From Nitrososphaerota archaeon (GTDB taxonomy: Archaea; Thermoproteota; Nitrososphaeria; PSMU01): a DNA stretch of 59,948 nucleotides. Location: assembly GCA_040290255.1 (NCBI GenBank), contig PSMU01000005.1, positions 1 to 59,948 on the forward strand. The letters are read 5' to 3'. The position numbers were made by a program, and so were the translations under genes. Shown here piece after piece: positions 56,884-59,948 of the stretch (position 1 is its first letter; every line of letters starts with the position of its first letter). The notes under the pieces are model-generated. The model ran no database searches. It was not told the DNA's origin and saw only the letters and a program-made list of their open reading frames with translations.

Positions 56884-57825
56884 CTAGGGGCCCGGGCTGA
56901 GCCAGGTCACATAGAAGCTGGTCCCGTCGCTGGATAGCGGCGAGGGCTGCGCCTTGAGCTGTGAGGGGTTCGAGAGGCTCACCATCGTCACCTGCCAGAC
57001 CGAGGAGCCGATGCCGCCCGTGATGCCGTTCACCGTAGCGTAGCAGGTCTGGGGCTGAAAGGTGTAATCGTAGCCGAAGTAGGCGACGCCAAAGTTGGCC
57101 AGGGGCAGCAGGCCGCCGCCCGAGGAGGAGGCCTCGACGATCCATTCGACCGAGGACCTCTGCGCGCTCTTCACCTTCACCGATGTGGTGAAGGAGGGGC
57201 CCGTCGTCAGGTCCGCCAGCGAGATGACGAAGGCCCCGCCCACATAGCTCACCTCCGCGCTGACTACATCGCCCGCCGAGATCGCCAGGGAGGAGATGAT
57301 GTGCATGGGCCTGGGATAGAGCTCGTACCATGCCACATATGTCGGCGCGCCGCCCACGCACTCGCCCAAGATGCCCGTCTGTTCTACGGTCGTGCTCGTG
57401 AAGCCGTCCATGCCCACCCAAAGGGCAACATAGGAGGACGAGGACGTGCAGCTCAGCGAGGGCACCACCCAGGAGCCCCGCACATCCGTCACAGAGCCGG
57501 GCGAAGCGGCCACCATGTATCCGCTCCAGTTGTAGCTCTGCGCGCCCCCCTTTCCTGCGCCATAGGTGAGGGCAGCGCAGAGCGCCAGCGTCAAGAAGAG
57601 CAGCGAGGCGGCGTGGGGGAAGAGGGCCGTGGAGAAGGGCCAGAGGGAGGTTCCGAAGGAGAAGGCCAGCGAGGCAAGGGCGCTCGCCTTTGGGGGCGCG
57701 TACAGCCGGCAGGTCGTGTACAGCACATAAGAAGCCAGTGAGGCGGCCAGGGCCAAGAAGAGCTCATCGAGCAGGGCCGCAGAGCCGAACATCGTGAAAG
57801 CGCCGCCATCGAGGTAGAGGCCCAA
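56884..57825 (-). CDS. Peptidase G1 (eqolisin, glutamic peptidase) domain fused in frame to three TM helices
   Basis: SYNWSGY, WVVP, WVGMDG, EQTG (catalytic Gln), AWYE, GD, SVEWIVE (catalytic Glu), LANFG. The domain starts near 57545. Confidence 0.85.
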   Translation of the reverse strand: MGLYLDGGAFTMFGSAALLDELFLALAASLASYVLYTTCRLYAPPKASALASLAFSFGTSLWPFSTALFPHAASLLFLTLALCAALTYGAGKGGAQSYNWSGYMVAASPGSVTDVRGSWVVPSLSCTSSSSYVALWVGMDGFTSTTVEQTGILGECVGGAPTYVAWYELYPRPMHIISSLAISAGDVVSAEVSYVGGAFVISLADLTTGPSFTTSVKVKSAQRSSVEWIVEASSSGGGLLPLANFGVAYFGYDYTFQPQTCYATVNGITGGIGSSVWQVTMVSLSNPSQLKAQPSPLSSDGTSFYVTWLSPGP

Positions 57826-58072
57826 CGCGCAAAGGGCAGGGAAAGGAGCGCCAGGCCCGGGGCCACGGCGCTGTATATGTGCCCCCGGAAGAGGGCCACG
57901 TCAACCCCGTCCACCTCGGGGCTCAGCTCGAAGGAGCCCCGCGTCAGGAGCGCGTGCTGAAGCCCCGGGAGGGCCCTATCCTCGCCGTTCATCGCTACAG
58001 AGGCGTTCAGCGAAAGCGAGTAAAGGCAAAGGGGCAGCAGGAAGCACAGGAGCGAGAGGGCTCGCCGCGCAT
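57560..58072 (-). pseudogene. 5' part of a GT-C-like membrane protein gene, frameshifted and truncated
   Basis: ALSLLCFLLPLCLYSLSLNA..GSFEL..DVALFRGHIYSAVAPGLALLSLPF / LGLYL..FGTSLWPFSTALFPHA. The frame changes near 58070 and near 57826. Confidence 0.6.
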
Positions 58073-58123
58073 CGCCCCGCTTGCGCGGTTGAGTAAAAGA
58101 AGCCGTTGCTGGTCTGGAGGCCC

Positions 58124-58217
58124 TGGACCGGCGGGGATTTGAACCCCGGACCCTTCACGGCGCCTACATCGCTCTCGCGTGCAAGGCGAGTGCTCTACCA
58201 GGCTGAGCTACCGGCCC
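58124..58217 (-). tRNA. tRNA-Ala(TGC) with a 20-nt non-canonical intron at the variable-loop junction (best fit 43/44; 58154-58173)
   Basis: Acceptor GGGCCGG/CCGGTCC (G3:U70), arm CTCGC-CTTGCAC-GCGAG, then 25 nt where 5 are expected. Confidence 0.92.
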
Positions 58218-58257
58218 AGCGGCAAGCCCTCCTGCGCCGTTTTAAGGTTATTCGGCG

Positions 58258-59262
58258 CTAGAGCCTCAGAAGCTGCAGGATGGGAAGCAGGGGCACCTCG
58301 AGCCCGTAGCGCCGTCGGTTGCGGTAGAGGTGAAGGTAAAGCCGCAGCCCGGCGGGGGCGAGGCCCAGCCATGAAGCATCCTGAAGGACCTTACTCTTGA
58401 TTACGCTGTAGGCCAAGTCGTAGATCCTGAAGCGCCTCCTCAGCAGCCCCCCGTAGCGGTCAGGGTCAAAGCCCGAGAGCAGGAGGTCCTCGACGCTCTG
58501 AAGGCTGGGTATGATGCCCTCGCCCACGGCCGGAAAGATGGCCCCCGCCGCCTCGCCCACCGCCAGCGAGCGGCCCTGGGCCAGCGGGTCCACCCTCGTT
58601 GCCGGCGTGATCCTCACCGGCCTGCCGACCCTCCTGAGCGGCTCGCCCCCATATCTCCTTAGGAACTCATTCACCCAGCCGAAGTGGCGGCCCTTCATAT
58701 CCCCGGCCCCCACGTGCGCGAGCCCATCACCCAGGGGGAAGTACCAGGCATAGCCCGTAAGGCCGGGAAAGGGCTCCACATAGAAGTCATCCAGGGGGGG
58801 CTGGGAATACTTCACCAGGTACTCCACGGTGGGCACCCAGAGGTCATCGCCCATCTTGGGCAGCAGCTCCCTCACGAAGCCCGTGGCATCCACCACCAGG
58901 TCATACTTGTGATAGGGAAACAGCGCCCTCTCGGCGATGGCGTTCACCTCACGGGCCCCCCTTCTCAGGTCGAGGACGAAGCGCGTCTTATCGAAGGTCA
59001 CGAGGCCCTCGAGCCTGACATATAGGTCCTTGGAGCCGTAGCGCACCTGCATCTCCCTCCCCTTATGGAGCACGTAGTCGTCGAAGTTGAGGCCCGCCCT
59101 GGAGGCCAGCTCCCTCATGGGGTAGAGGCAGGTGCCCCAGGCGCAGACGGCCGTGTACTTTTCCGCGGGCGTCTTTTCGATGATGGTGAGCTCGTGCTCG
59201 CCCTGAAGCCTTGCATAAAGGTAGGAGCCGGCCAGCCCCCCGCCCACGATGGCGAGCCTCAC
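58258..59262 (-). CDS. FAD-dependent oxidoreductase, geranylgeranyl reductase family (divergent)
   Basis: IVGGGLAG, CAWG, VDATG, GYAWYFP, VGEAAG..P..GEGI. Confidence 0.85.
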   Translation of the reverse strand: MRLAIVGGGLAGSYLYARLQGEHELTIIEKTPAEKYTAVCAWGTCLYPMRELASRAGLNFDDYVLHKGREMQVRYGSKDLYVRLEGLVTFDKTRFVLDLRRGAREVNAIAERALFPYHKYDLVVDATGFVRELLPKMGDDLWVPTVEYLVKYSQPPLDDFYVEPFPGLTGYAWYFPLGDGLAHVGAGDMKGRHFGWVNEFLRRYGGEPLRRVGRPVRITPATRVDPLAQGRSLAVGEAAGAIFPAVGEGIIPSLQSVEDLLLSGFDPDRYGGLLRRRFRIYDLAYSVIKSKVLQDASWLGLAPAGLRLYLHLYRNRRRYGLEVPLLPILQLLRL

Positions 59263-59313
59263 GACACCGCACCGCCGCAAAAGGATTTAAGGCCTGAGGG
59301 CCGCGCGGCGGCG

Positions 59314-59823
59314 TTGTCGCTGGAGCTGTACTGCGCGTATGACCATCCCCCCTCCAGGATGCAGCCCTCCAAGAGGCAGGGCTTCGTGCAGGCCTTCCTG
59401 TGCCCCTCCTGCAGGAACGGCGTAGATGTGGTAGGCAATGGGCTCTACTGCGGCCGCTGCGGCGACAGGATGAAGAGGATTGTCACGGCGACCTACTGTC
59501 CCACGTGCAAGTACGAGATAACGGTGCCGGAGCACATCAAGGTGAGCGTGAGCGGGCTGTACAACGCCAGGGCACCCCCTAAGCCCGCCCCACCGCCCGC
59601 GGCCCCGGCGCCCCCTGCACCCTCGGGCGGCGCCCTCGACCAGGCGGCGCTGGAGGCGATCATCAAGCTGCTGGAGGCGAGGGGACAGGTGGAGCTGCAG
59701 GTGGTCAGGAACCTCCTGAAGGCCCGGCTGAAGCAGGAGGTGGACCCCGAGCCCTATGTGAAGAGGCTGGCCGAGCTCGGGAGGGCCCGCAGGGAGGGCG
59801 AGAGGCTCGTCAAGGCGTCGTAG
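59314..59823 (+). CDS. Multi-zinc-ribbon protein with Pro/Ala linker and C-terminal winged-helix-like domain
   Basis: CAYDH, CPSC, CGRC, CPTC; PPKPAPPPAAPAPPAP linker; helical C-terminus ending LAELGRARREGERLV. TTG start 23 nt after a TTTAAG box. Confidence 0.75.
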   Translation: MSLELYCAYDHPPSRMQPSKRQGFVQAFLCPSCRNGVDVVGNGLYCGRCGDRMKRIVTATYCPTCKYEITVPEHIKVSVSGLYNARAPPKPAPPPAAPAPPAPSGGALDQAALEAIIKLLEARGQVELQVVRNLLKARLKQEVDPEPYVKRLAELGRARREGERLVKAS

Positions 59824-59838
59824 CTGCAGCGGGCGCCA

Positions 59839-59948
59839 TCAGCACACAGCTGTACTGTAGCAGCCCCCTCTTCAGCCAAAGGGGCCTTAGGCCCGCCCTC
59901 GCCGCCAGCGCCAGCACCTCCTCGGGCCTCGAGCCATGGCCCAGCAGG
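59839..59948 (-). CDS. C-terminal end of a gene entering from beyond the window, function unclear
   Basis: Open frame ..LLGHGSRPEEVLALAARAGLRPLWLKRGCYSTAVC*. Confidence 0.4.

Noticed and set aside
59575-59625. C-rich low-complexity tract considered as a DNA repeat element
   Set aside because: It simply encodes the Pro/Ala linker of the zinc-ribbon protein.

Overview
GC-rich, gene-dense archaeal chromosome segment. The gene content and order (Sm-L37e, PUA-SepF-aCPSF1-psmB, egsA-FKBP-nadM-rtcA, aIF6-pfdA-ftsY-argF-dtdA-secE-spt5 with no rplX, tRNAs with non-canonical introns) suggest a deep-branching TACK archaeon, probably Nitrososphaerota-like; this is inference. From left to right the window holds: a membrane glycosylation cluster; a peptide ABC transporter with DUF917 and an aminopeptidase-like gene; an arginine/LysW locus (argG, argH, lysWXYZJK) with two paralogous HTH-ACT proteins and phased 10-bp repeats in two promoters; a decayed redox/toxin-antitoxin patch between tRNA-Ala and tRNA-Gly; ribosomal, RNA-processing, proteasome and ether-lipid genes; a trp operon without trpF; and a G1 glutamic peptidase fused to a broken membrane-protein gene. 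Several features are missing from the ORF track: lysW, rpl39e, rpl37e, secE, three tRNAs (two with introns), two probable CTG start codons and several pseudogenes, including an internally deleted malate synthase. No CRISPR array, rRNA, integrase or transposase was seen. All family assignments come from motif recognition by eye, not from database searches.
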